Positions 26,639-35,416 of a stretch of DNA of 64,000 nt are shown here, piece after piece. This stretch comes from an uncultured Muribaculaceae bacterium (GTDB lineage: Bacteria; Bacillota_I; Bacilli_A; RF39; UBA660), in NCBI GenBank assembly GCA_964425325.1, contig CAYRLX010000001.1, positions 10,791 through 74,790 on the forward strand, given 5' to 3'. Each line of letters starts with the position of its first letter. Position 1 is the first letter of the stretch. The translations under genes were made by a program, and so were the position numbers. The notes beneath the pieces were generated by a model. The model was not told the origin of the DNA and did not search any database. It saw only the letters and a list, made by a program, of their open reading frames with translations.

Positions 26639-27988
26639 ATGACTGAAGAGTTATATAACAAGTTGAGTTTGTATAAAGATTCAATCTTGTGTCTTAGATT
26701 TAACTCACTTGAAAATATGAATACGGAAGAAATAAAAAAACATTTTGAAAAAAGTATCACTAATATTAAAAACATACTAAATAATATTCAAAATGACAAA
26801 AACATTGATGTCTTTATTAACATAATTACAGAAATAAAAATAGAATTAAGAAGAGAATTACTAGAAGAATGCCAGGAAAAGGCAGCTGTAATGAACCAGT
26901 ACGGAACGCAGTATATTGGAGCAGAAGACTATAATCCGATACTAATAAGAAATTACTTAATAGAATTATGTGAAAATACAATAAAAGAAGTATTAAATCC
27001 ACAAGAAGATGAAGAAATAGATGAAATTGAAGAAGCAAAAACAAATAAAATATACTTATATTCATCAAAAATGCCGAAGTCAAAAAATGATTTTAAATCA
27101 TTGAAATTGATTAGGGAAGATTTAGAAAGCATACCAGATGTATACTACGGATCTTTCCAAACAATAATTAAAGAAATGCATTCTGGAATTTGCGATGGAA
27201 GAGAACATAAATGTAAAGTACTTAACAATTCTAAATTGGGAGGTACTCGTGAACACAGAGCGTACCATGGAGTTCGTCTATATGAAAATACAATTCAAAC
27301 ATATAATAATAAAATTAGAAAAAAAATAAAAAGTTTAGAAAAGGAACTAGGTGCTGAAATACACTTTGTATATAAATTAGAAATAAAAAAATGTAATCAA
27401 ACTAATGGACTTGATGAAGAACGTGAAAAAAGGTATAAAAATGAGAATAATAATTATGAGGAACTCATAGAAAGTTTAACAGCAGATGATGTTAAAAGAT
27501 TAGCTGATGAAACATATGAAATAATAAATAAATATCTAGAAGACAATAAAAAAGATAAAACCAAAGAAGAAATAGATGAAGAAATCACACTATATACTGT
27601 AATAGATATCATAAATACTTATTTACACACTAACTACAATTTAAATAATAATTCAGTATTTGAATTTACTGAAGAAAGAGCCATAGAAAATGAAAGATAT
27701 CAAATATACAAGAGAGTTTTAATTTATCTCAACTCTAAAGAACTAGGAGAATTAAAAGAATTATCAAAAATATTTAACTCAATTGATAACAACAATAATG
27801 ATAATTGTTCTGCGGATAAAGAGAAAGATATAATAATATCAATAATTATGTACTTATTAAGAAAAATGACTCTAGAAGAATTAAAAGAAACAGAAATAAA
27901 CATTTTATTGTTAATAGACTATAAAGATGAATATTTAATAAAAGACCAGACACAAAAAGAGGAGGGCGAGTATGGTAGAAAGTCATAA
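26639..27988 (+). CDS. hypothetical protein (449 aa) with a possible RelE/ParE/Gp49-like core
   Basis: aa 137-245: IYLYSSKMPKSKNDFKSLK...IREDLESI...KVLNNSKLGGTREHRAYHGVRLYE...IHFVYKLEIKK. This resembles the toxin-fold sequence pattern (..L.g..g..E.R....G.Rl.Y). The match is weak and made by eye only. Confidence 0.5.
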   Translation: MTEELYNKLSLYKDSILCLRFNSLENMNTEEIKKHFEKSITNIKNILNNIQNDKNIDVFINIITEIKIELRRELLEECQEKAAVMNQYGTQYIGAEDYNPILIRNYLIELCENTIKEVLNPQEDEEIDEIEEAKTNKIYLYSSKMPKSKNDFKSLKLIREDLESIPDVYYGSFQTIIKEMHSGICDGREHKCKVLNNSKLGGTREHRAYHGVRLYENTIQTYNNKIRKKIKSLEKELGAEIHFVYKLEIKKCNQTNGLDEEREKRYKNENNNYEELIESLTADDVKRLADETYEIINKYLEDNKKDKTKEEIDEEITLYTVIDIINTYLHTNYNLNNNSVFEFTEERAIENERYQIYKRVLIYLNSKELGELKELSKIFNSIDNNNNDNCSADKEKDIIISIIMYLLRKMTLEELKETEINILLLIDYKDEYLIKDQTQKEEGEYGRKS

Positions 27989-28700
27989 AAAAATTAAAAA
28001 CATTGAAAGCAACAATAGAAAATCAAAAAAATATAGATTGTTAACTGACTCAAATATTAAATATGCCGTTTTTGAGGAAAAAGATTTAAATACACGTTAC
28101 TTCATGTACTTTGTAAAAAAATACTGCTTAAGTAATGGAATTAAATTTGATATAAAGAATTTTGATAATAAAGAATTTACAGACTGGATACATGAATATA
28201 TACAAATCACAAATGATTATGCTAAATTTTTAACATCATATGACATTGATTTAAACTGCCCTTCTCTAGCAGAAACAGGAAAAGGAAAATTTGATTCAAT
28301 CATAGGACCAGAAGCAAGTGAAATATCTATTTTCTCAGAAATAATGGAAAGACCAAAAATAATTTTTGGAGATGTTGAGAAAGGACTATTAATACATGAT
28401 AATAGAAGAATAATAACATTAGATGATTTAAATATAGATACATTAATAACACAAAACCCAAACTTCTTCACTGAAGTGGAAGACTTTACTACATTTGCGA
28501 ATAGTCTAAACAAAAATATTACTTTTGGAGTATATGGTAATTTTAGCGATAAAGATATAAAAAATAAGACAAATATGATAAAAAGACTTTTGGAAAACAC
28601 AAGTGACACAATATTCGAGTATGACACATTTAAAGATTGTTTCTATATGTTAGTTACTACAAGAAGACAAAAAATAAAAACTAAAACATTAAGTTTGTAG
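27972..28700 (+). CDS. hypothetical protein (242 aa)
   Basis: Overlaps the upstream gene by 17 nt. RBS GAGGAGGG. Confidence 0.55.
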   Translation: MVESHKKIKNIESNNRKSKKYRLLTDSNIKYAVFEEKDLNTRYFMYFVKKYCLSNGIKFDIKNFDNKEFTDWIHEYIQITNDYAKFLTSYDIDLNCPSLAETGKGKFDSIIGPEASEISIFSEIMERPKIIFGDVEKGLLIHDNRRIITLDDLNIDTLITQNPNFFTEVEDFTTFANSLNKNITFGVYGNFSDKDIKNKTNMIKRLLENTSDTIFEYDTFKDCFYMLVTTRRQKIKTKTLSL

Positions 28701-28711
28701 AAGGTGAAAAG

Positions 28712-30337
28712 ATGAAATATTTATTAGATGATGATGTATTTAAACTTACATATTTATTCAAAGATAAAAATGTCATATTTGAATTTGAACTATTTTGTAC
28801 TTTTAACAATATACATACTATTAGTGACCTTTTGAAACATGGAGAAAAAGCAAGAAATGAAAGAGCTTTAAAAGAAATAATAGAAGAATTTAAAAATATA
28901 AAATTAAAATTTGATGATGAATTAACTGAGAAAGAATTAGAAGAAAGAAATAGTGAAAGGAAAAGGATAGAAATGGAAAGCAGAAGAAAAAGAGCTCAGG
29001 AAAGAGTAGAAAAATTATTAAAAAAAGAAATAGAAACATTAGGCTTACCATCAGGTATAAACAGAAAACTAAGAGCTCGTGAAATATATAAAATACATGA
29101 ATTGATTGATGGTTCAAGCTATATATTTTTTGGACAAGATTCGACTATTTTTAAAGAATCAGAATTAAATAAGATAATAAAAGCATTAAAAGAACATGGA
29201 TTATACCTTAATATGCTAAATCCAGTAACCGAAACCCTTGATGTAGTATCATCAGTCGATTTAGAACCAGATACTATAAGTCCAGAAAAAGCATCTAAAA
29301 CAGAGAAGGCAGTGCCAGCTGAAAAGAGAAAAAGAGTAAAATGGGAAGATCGTATTAATTATATAAAAGTATTTTATAATTATTTTGGACATACACTTAT
29401 TTCTGAAAAGTTTACAGCAGCAGACAACATAGGTAAATGGGTTGCTACTACACGAAGTGCTTGGAAAAACGGAAAACTATCAGCAGAAAAAATCGAAGAT
29501 TTAGAGCAAACTGGTATGTCAAAAGAAGGAATAGGAATTAGTTCTGAATCAAAAACAAGAATGTTAAAATCTCTAAATATAAGAAAAATAACAATAAAAG
29601 AAAAAATATTATATACATATTATATTGATGGAACTATAAAGTCTACAACAGATGAAGAGTTTATTAAAATGTTAAGAGGAGAAGAATTGCAAGAAACAAA
29701 TGAAGGTATAATTGACATTCCAGATGAAATAATGGAGGCTGTTAAAAATAGCAGTGAGCCATATACAGACGAAGAAATGGAAATATTGATGCAGCAAGTA
29801 TTTGAAACAACTCCAGATGAGGAAGTTATGGAAAGTACTGAAGAATTAGAAGATGGAACAAATATAAAATTAGTGCCAGAGCAAGAAGAACATTCATTAG
29901 ACTTATATTCACTAATGCAAGCAAGAATAGAAGAGATGATGGCTAAAAAACAAGCCATCTCAGAAGAAAATGAAATAAAAAGATTTTTAATAGAAGAATA
30001 TAGAGACAAATTATTACATGAATTAGATAGTTTAATTCAAGAAAGTATGCAGTTAGACATAGAAATAAATAGCATTATTGGAATAAATAATAGTATAGAG
30101 GCTGCTATTACGTCACAAACATCCGGTGAATCCCAAGAAACAGCAGAACAAATAAAACAACAAATCGAAGAAATAACAGAAGAAAATGAAAGAAAAAAAG
30201 CACTAATTCAAGAATATAGAAAAGTAGAAGAAGAACTAAAAAGAGTTCAAAATGAAAGTGAAGAATTAGATTCACAAATAACTTTCATATCTAATCAAAC
30301 AGACGAAAGTAAAGTTAAAAAGTTGGGTGAAAAATAA
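28712..30337 (+). CDS. protein with RpoA-CTD-like HhH segment, helicase-associated (HA) domain and acidic coiled-coil tail (541 aa)
   Basis: - aa about 105-165: ETLGLPSGINRKLRAREIYKIHELI....ELNKIIKALKEHGLYL (alpha-CTD-like pattern).
- aa about 210-270: WEDRINYIKVFYNYFGHTLISEKF....IGKWVATTRSAWKNGKLSAEKIEDLEQTGM (HA-domain pattern W..y..L..f....GH...p......lG.Wv..qR......L...r...L...G).
- C-terminal 170 aa are rich in E/Q/I heptads. Confidence 0.55.
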   Translation: MKYLLDDDVFKLTYLFKDKNVIFEFELFCTFNNIHTISDLLKHGEKARNERALKEIIEEFKNIKLKFDDELTEKELEERNSERKRIEMESRRKRAQERVEKLLKKEIETLGLPSGINRKLRAREIYKIHELIDGSSYIFFGQDSTIFKESELNKIIKALKEHGLYLNMLNPVTETLDVVSSVDLEPDTISPEKASKTEKAVPAEKRKRVKWEDRINYIKVFYNYFGHTLISEKFTAADNIGKWVATTRSAWKNGKLSAEKIEDLEQTGMSKEGIGISSESKTRMLKSLNIRKITIKEKILYTYYIDGTIKSTTDEEFIKMLRGEELQETNEGIIDIPDEIMEAVKNSSEPYTDEEMEILMQQVFETTPDEEVMESTEELEDGTNIKLVPEQEEHSLDLYSLMQARIEEMMAKKQAISEENEIKRFLIEEYRDKLLHELDSLIQESMQLDIEINSIIGINNSIEAAITSQTSGESQETAEQIKQQIEEITEENERKKALIQEYRKVEEELKRVQNESEELDSQITFISNQTDESKVKKLGEK

Positions 30338-30474
30338 TGACAGATGAAGAATTAATGCAATTATCAGAACAGCAATTACAAGAACTAATTAAAAACACAA
30401 AACTAGAAATAGAAAAAATAAAATTACAAAATTTAAAAAAGAAAATAATCATTAATGAAACTTTAAATAACTAA
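30337..30474 (+). CDS. small coiled-coil ORF (45 aa), not in the ORF track
   Basis: Its ATG overlaps the TAA of the upstream gene (TAATG). It encodes MTDEELMQLSEQQLQELIKNTKLEIEKIKLQNLKKKIIINETLNN. Confidence 0.35.
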   Translation: MTDEELMQLSEQQLQELIKNTKLEIEKIKLQNLKKKIIINETLNN

Positions 30475-30499
30475 AAAAAATGATATATAGGTGGATTAT

Positions 30500-30893
30500 A
30501 TGGAAAGCTATTTAAAATATGTTATATATATAATTGACAAAGATGGGCGTGAATTTTATGTTCCAACAAACGAAAACTATCATAAACACATACAAGCATT
30601 TAAAAAATTGTAATCTGAAAATACATCATTGAATTTAGATAATTATATAAATTATAAAGGGACCAACAATATTACAGGTTATGAGTTAGTATCACTTCTT
30701 GGAGCAAATGGAAACATAGTATTTTTTCATACAGATGTAGCAAATTATATAAAAATAAAAAAGAAGGAACAATTATAATTCCAAATAATCTTACTAATAT
30801 ACAAAAGAAAAAACTAATAGAATTAATTGATAATTTAAATAAAGAAGAGTTTTCATTTTATGTTACTGAATCAAAATTTAAAAACAATAAATA
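30500..30893 (+). pseudogene. decayed gene (in-frame TAA at 30611 and a frameshift near the A-run about 30752-30765)
   Basis: RBS TAGGTGGA plus ATG 30500. Three consecutive reading segments give coherent protein-like sequence: MESYLKYVIYIIDKDGREFYVPTNENYHKHIQAFKKL * SENTSLNLDNYINYKGTNNITGYELVSLLGANGNIVFFHTDVANYIKIKK / GTIIIPNNLTNIQKKKLIELIDNLNKEEFSFYVTESKFKNNK. Confidence 0.45.
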
Positions 30894-31254
30894 ATTTAAA
30901 ATTGTACATACTCCAATAAAACTTGCATTATTCCACAAAGAAAGCTATAATGAAAAAAAGATAGAAAGTAGGAATAAAAAATGCAAGAATAAGAAAATGA
31001 TGAAATAATAGAAAAAACTATCTAGAAAAACACCCCATAACAATTATTGGCATATGCCGAGGACAGTCACACTAAGTGATAGTGGAGATTATGAAGATAT
31101 GGTAAATTCACTTAATGAATACTTTAAAATAGTACAAAAAATAGATGAATTTGGTGAAGAAATTGAAGGGGATTTTAGAGATAGAATTAAAAAATAAGTA
31201 AGTAGTTAAAAATATAAATGAAAATGAATAAAATAGATTAATTAAGGAGAAAAT

Positions 31255-32199
31255 ATGGAAAATAAAGATAATGTTACAAGAAGAGGGTTTTTAAAATTAG
31301 TAGGAGGCCTAACAGCAACAGCAGTAGGTTCATCACTTACTGCATGCAAAGATAATTGGTTAGATAAAATTGATGAAGAAACTATATACGATACAGCATT
31401 TCATAATGGAACTGATTCATTATTCGACGATATATACAGAGATTATCATAAAATTCAGCTAACTTCATACCACCAAGGAGAAGAAACCACAATAGATTTA
31501 TTAATTCCAGACGCAAGTAACATGATGGAAAAAAGTATAGAAATGAATAAACTATTTGAAAAAAACGCAAAATTATTAAAACGTTTTGATGATGAAGATA
31601 TAAATATAACAATAGAAACTGAAAATGAAGCAATTGAATTAAATTTAGAAGAAGTGGAATCATTATTTGAAGATTTAGCCGATGACTCGCTAACAGATCA
31701 AGAAAAAAAACAAAGTACAAATATTTTGAAATATCTAGAAAAATATTATAAAACATGGATTGATAAAAATAATTTTATAGTAACAGAAAACCTATTACTA
31801 ATACTTTTTAAAAGTTACGGCTGTGAGTTAGAAAATTTAAACCCAGAAAATTATGACCAAGTTGTAGTTAGTCCAAGGCACGAGCCAAGCGATTATTATA
31901 CATTAACGGTAAATAGACCATCTGAAAAAAAAGAAGAAGCTACATATAAAATAGGCGAAAAAGAATCAGGAATTGTTTATGAGTGCTTAGATTCATTATA
32001 TAAATGTCAAGATATAATTATTGGCGAAAACGTAGGATATGAAAAATCAGAAGAAGAAAAAAATGATATTTTAGAAAATGCTATTCATAATATAAAATGT
32101 GGAATATTATGTGGTGTAAAAGCAGAAAATGGAATATTATTACAAGGACAAGAATTAACTAAAGAAATAATAGAAGATCTAAATTCTAAAAAACTATAA
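31255..32199 (+). CDS. Tat-signal lipoprotein of unknown function (314 aa)
   Basis: MENKDNVTRRGFLKLVGGLTATAVGSSLTAC carries a twin-arginine motif (T-R-R-G-F-L-K) followed by a lipobox (LTAC). The mature part is similar to the lipoprotein encoded at 34461-35348. Confidence 0.7.
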   Translation: MENKDNVTRRGFLKLVGGLTATAVGSSLTACKDNWLDKIDEETIYDTAFHNGTDSLFDDIYRDYHKIQLTSYHQGEETTIDLLIPDASNMMEKSIEMNKLFEKNAKLLKRFDDEDINITIETENEAIELNLEEVESLFEDLADDSLTDQEKKQSTNILKYLEKYYKTWIDKNNFIVTENLLLILFKSYGCELENLNPENYDQVVVSPRHEPSDYYTLTVNRPSEKKEEATYKIGEKESGIVYECLDSLYKCQDIIIGENVGYEKSEEEKNDILENAIHNIKCGILCGVKAENGILLQGQELTKEIIEDLNSKKL

Positions 32200-32210
32200 G
32201 AAAACATAGA

Positions 32211-32242
32211 AAGAATAAAGAAAAAAACTTTATTCTTTTTTT
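32211..32242 (+). terminator. Rho-independent terminator
   Basis: AAGAATAAAG / CTTTATTCTT 10-bp stem, A7 loop, T-run. Confidence 0.7.
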
Positions 32243-32287
32243 GCTAAATAATAAATAAGAATGTATAATGAAAATAGGAGGTAAAAA

Positions 32288-32893
32288 ATGTATGATTTAT
32301 ATATAAGAAAAATAGATGAAAATGATTTAGATAAGATGATCAAAGTAGCTATAGATAAATATAATCATGGAGAGATTAGCAAAGAAAAATATTTAAAGTG
32401 GATTAATGCTCATAATACAGATTTTTTTAGTAAATATTTAGAAAGAATGAAAAAGAGAGAACTTGGTCAAGGCGAAGGAGAAATAAAAGGAATTAAATTC
32501 TATAATTTTTACCTAATAGATAATGATGAAATAATAGGCATAGGTAGAATTAGAACACATTTAGAAAATAATGATTATTTTAATAAATACTCTGGCCACA
32601 TAGGATATACAATAATTCCATCAAAAAGAAAACAAGGATATGGGACTATACTCCTGCACCTCCTTCTGCAAAAATGCAAAGAACTAAACCTAAAAGAAGT
32701 AATGGCTGTCTGTCATGTTGATAATAACGGTTCACAAAAAGTAATTGAAAATAATTTAGGAAGTTATATGGATACAGTACTAGATCCAATAGATAATGAA
32801 CATTATAAAAGATATATTATAGATGTAGAAAAATCATTAGATAATTTTAAAATGAATAAAGAAGATGAAACAAATGAAAAACATAGAAATTAG
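32288..32893 (+). CDS. GNAT acetyltransferase (paralogue of the 25296-25868 product)
   Basis: GHIGYTIIPSKRKQGYGTILLHLLLQKCKELNLKEVMAVCHVDNNGSQKVIENNLG. Confidence 0.7.
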   Translation: MYDLYIRKIDENDLDKMIKVAIDKYNHGEISKEKYLKWINAHNTDFFSKYLERMKKRELGQGEGEIKGIKFYNFYLIDNDEIIGIGRIRTHLENNDYFNKYSGHIGYTIIPSKRKQGYGTILLHLLLQKCKELNLKEVMAVCHVDNNGSQKVIENNLGSYMDTVLDPIDNEHYKRYIIDVEKSLDNFKMNKEDETNEKHRN

Positions 32894-33908
32894 AGATAAA
32901 AATATAGTAGCAACTGTAGACTATAGAACAGAACTTCTAGGAATTATAATGTGGCTAAGTGACTACCACACATTATTGCCAGAATGTTTTAAAATATATG
33001 AAAATAAATTTTATATAGATAATATTCTAGAAAAATTTTCAAAATTTAAAAATGAGGAAGTAATTAAAGACTTTATGGAACTAGTAAAAAAACACCAATT
33101 TACTTATGATGCACCTTACGCATTATTTCTAGAGCTAGATGATCATTTTAAATGTGATAAATTAGATGATTATATATTTAAGGAAAGACTAGAAGAAGAT
33201 TCATCAATATATGAATTTATAAATAAATTAGAAAATTTTGCTAAAAAAATAAAATTTGAAGAATATTATAATAGTAATAAAGAACTCTATAAAAAATGGA
33301 CTACCTACATATTAGACTGTTTTAAAAAAGGTAATGTATTAAATTTTTATAATGATTATTTTGGGTATTCAAATAATGAATTTTATCTAAACTTAATCCC
33401 GTTCGCATCCGATGGCTCATTTTCAGCATCAATCGGTAATAAAATATACGATATGAATCCAGTTACCGAAGATATGAAAAAGGATAAATTGTTTGAAAAA
33501 AATAGATATGAGAGCGTAATAAACGCACCTATTCATGAATTTTTACATGGATACGTAAATCCAATAACAGAAAAATTAAACTTATTAAATCTTAATACCA
33601 ATCTATTTGATAACATAAAAGAACAAATGAGCATATACGGTTATCCAACAGATGTAGAAATAATAAATGAACATTTAGTTAGAGCAATTCAAATTAGATA
33701 CATAATAAAAGAATATAATGATGAAAAATGGGCTGATAGTGTTACAAATTGGGAAGAAAAGCAAGGATTTATTTATATAAGAAATATATTGGAAAAACTA
33801 GAAGAATTTGAAAATAATAGAGATAAATACAAAAATTTCGAAGAATTTTACCCAGAAATTATAAATTACCTAAAATCAATAAAAAAAATAAAGCGAACAA
33901 AGAAATAA
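32865..33908 (+). CDS. HExxH zincin-like protein (possibly DUF4932-like), 347 aa
   Basis: INAPIHEFLHGYVNP. Overlaps the GNAT gene by 29 nt (alternative start ATG 32874). Confidence 0.5.
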   Translation: MKQMKNIEIRDKNIVATVDYRTELLGIIMWLSDYHTLLPECFKIYENKFYIDNILEKFSKFKNEEVIKDFMELVKKHQFTYDAPYALFLELDDHFKCDKLDDYIFKERLEEDSSIYEFINKLENFAKKIKFEEYYNSNKELYKKWTTYILDCFKKGNVLNFYNDYFGYSNNEFYLNLIPFASDGSFSASIGNKIYDMNPVTEDMKKDKLFEKNRYESVINAPIHEFLHGYVNPITEKLNLLNLNTNLFDNIKEQMSIYGYPTDVEIINEHLVRAIQIRYIIKEYNDEKWADSVTNWEEKQGFIYIRNILEKLEEFENNRDKYKNFEEFYPEIINYLKSIKKIKRTKK

Positions 33909-33977
33909 GATTAAAATCATATAGTAATATCAAGTAGTAGATCTTTTAAAATGTAAAAAAAGACATTTAGTGTGAAT

Positions 33978-34030
33978 TTGACAAAAATAAATATTAGTAT
34001 TAATATATCCTCCTGTAAACAAAGGGGGAT
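33978..34030 (+). promoter_or_regulatory. AATTTGACAA-family promoter plus anti-SD/SD leader hairpin
   Basis: GTGAATTTGACAAAAAT with TTGACA 33978-33983, 17-nt spacer, TAATAT 34001-34006. ATCCTCC (34007-34013) pairs with GGGGGAT (24024-34030 region, i.e. 34024-34030). ATG at 34037. Confidence 0.55.
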
Positions 34031-34036
34031 TTTATT

Positions 34037-34444
34037 ATGGAAAAAACTATTATAAAACCAGGTATAGTACTAATAAAAAAAGATGGAATCATATATGAGT
34101 TAGATAAAAAGACACTTCAAACAATTAAAGCAATAGTATTTGATACTGACTGTAATTTATGTAAACTATGTAATAATACAAAGTGTAAGTTATCAAAAAA
34201 AATTGAAGATGAATTTATAACTGATGCATTGACATTGAAAACAAAACCAAATTGTGAATATGTACTTGGATGCGATAATTTTGAACTAAAAGGGCAGTAT
34301 AACGATGCTCCAAGACTAGTATGGTTTAGTACAGATTTTGAAGAAGAAATGAATGATGATGAAATAACAATTAGACATTATAATGAAGCTCATGTTCATC
34401 ACATAGCTCATCCAACTATCGCAAGACATATTGATAAAATATAA
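34037..34444 (+). CDS. small Cys-rich protein (135 aa), family with the 56615 and 56897 gene products
   Basis: DCNLCKLCNNTKC ...KKIEDEFITDA... VLGCDNFE. The same LCxxCxxxxC...(V/I)(L/T)(D/G)C(D/P)(N/D)(F/Y) pattern occurs in the other two. Confidence 0.6.
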   Translation: MEKTIIKPGIVLIKKDGIIYELDKKTLQTIKAIVFDTDCNLCKLCNNTKCKLSKKIEDEFITDALTLKTKPNCEYVLGCDNFELKGQYNDAPRLVWFSTDFEEEMNDDEITIRHYNEAHVHHIAHPTIARHIDKI

Positions 34445-34460
34445 TAATAGGAGGAAAACA

Positions 34461-35348
34461 ATGAATAAAATAATAGATAAGGTTACATCTATAGGAATCA
34501 CACTAGCTCTAAGTACAACTTTAGGGTTATCAGCATGCGCTAAAAAACAAAATAATTACATTCCCATGAGTGAAATTTTCTATGATGAAAACAATGAAGG
34601 AATGGATGATATATTTGAAAAAAGAATATCAGATAGTTATGAAAAAATACAAGATATACAGAAAATAGAGAGAAGTATTGACTTAGTTAAAAAGTTAAAC
34701 GAAATGGATTTTAAAGATGTACCTGAAATTAATTTAAATATACCAGAAGATGAAATATATTTTATAAACTTAGATATAGTAGAAAGTATATATGAAGAAT
34801 ATCAAATAATGACAGATGGAAAAATTGAACTAACTGATTCACATAAGTTAGAACAATTACAAAATATGAAAGAAGAATTATATAAATATTATGTAATGCT
34901 AAATATGTATATCAATAAATATGGTTATTCTGATATAAGTAGATTTGGAAAAAGCTTATATAAGGCAATTATTTTAGATACAGCAGACCTTTGTGGTAGT
35001 GAAAAAAACGTTGAAGCAAAAGTAGATATTTCATCAGATAAAGAATATCATCAACACATTGCTACATACACACTATCAGAAGATAATTTTAAACAGTTTG
35101 ACATAAATTCGAATTCAAACTTGTGTACTTTGATTAGAACTGTAGGTGAATTCGAAAACCATGAAACACCAAAAGAATCTGATGTTTATTCAGAATATAA
35201 TGAAGAAGAAATAGAAAAAATGGAAGATGCAATAGAACTAATTAAAGAATGCATTTATACAAACTATGAACTAAAACATCATGAATTTCTATTTGCTAAG
35301 GGAAATGACAAATTAGTTAGTGGGAAAACAAACGTACCAACAAGATAA
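34461..35348 (+). CDS. lipoprotein of unknown function, paralogue of the 31255-32199 product
   Basis: Start moved to ATG 34461 (RBS TAGGAGGA). Signal peptide plus lipobox: ITLALSTTLGLSAC. Motifs YD...G.D.(I/L)F and VES(I/L)(Y/F)E(E/D) are shared with the 31255 gene product. Confidence 0.7.
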   Translation: MNKIIDKVTSIGITLALSTTLGLSACAKKQNNYIPMSEIFYDENNEGMDDIFEKRISDSYEKIQDIQKIERSIDLVKKLNEMDFKDVPEINLNIPEDEIYFINLDIVESIYEEYQIMTDGKIELTDSHKLEQLQNMKEELYKYYVMLNMYINKYGYSDISRFGKSLYKAIILDTADLCGSEKNVEAKVDISSDKEYHQHIATYTLSEDNFKQFDINSNSNLCTLIRTVGEFENHETPKESDVYSEYNEEEIEKMEDAIELIKECIYTNYELKHHEFLFAKGNDKLVSGKTNVPTR

Positions 35349-35372
35349 AAACGAATAAAAAATTCGTTTTTT
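35348..35372 (+). terminator. Rho-independent terminator
   Basis: AAAACGAAT / ATTCGTTTT stem followed by a T-run. Confidence 0.65.
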
Positions 35373-35416
35373 CTTTTACTATAAAATAATAAAATGATAT
35401 AATCTTTATAGGTGAG

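Noticed and set aside
2081-35372. Interpretation of the accessory block as a prophage, ICE or integrated plasmid next to the tRNA genes.
   Set aside because: No integrase, recombinase, transposase, terminase, capsid, relaxase or T4SS genes are visible. No direct repeat of the tRNA 3' end was seen. The block abuts the 5' side of the minus-strand tRNAs, not the 3' end that integrases usually target.
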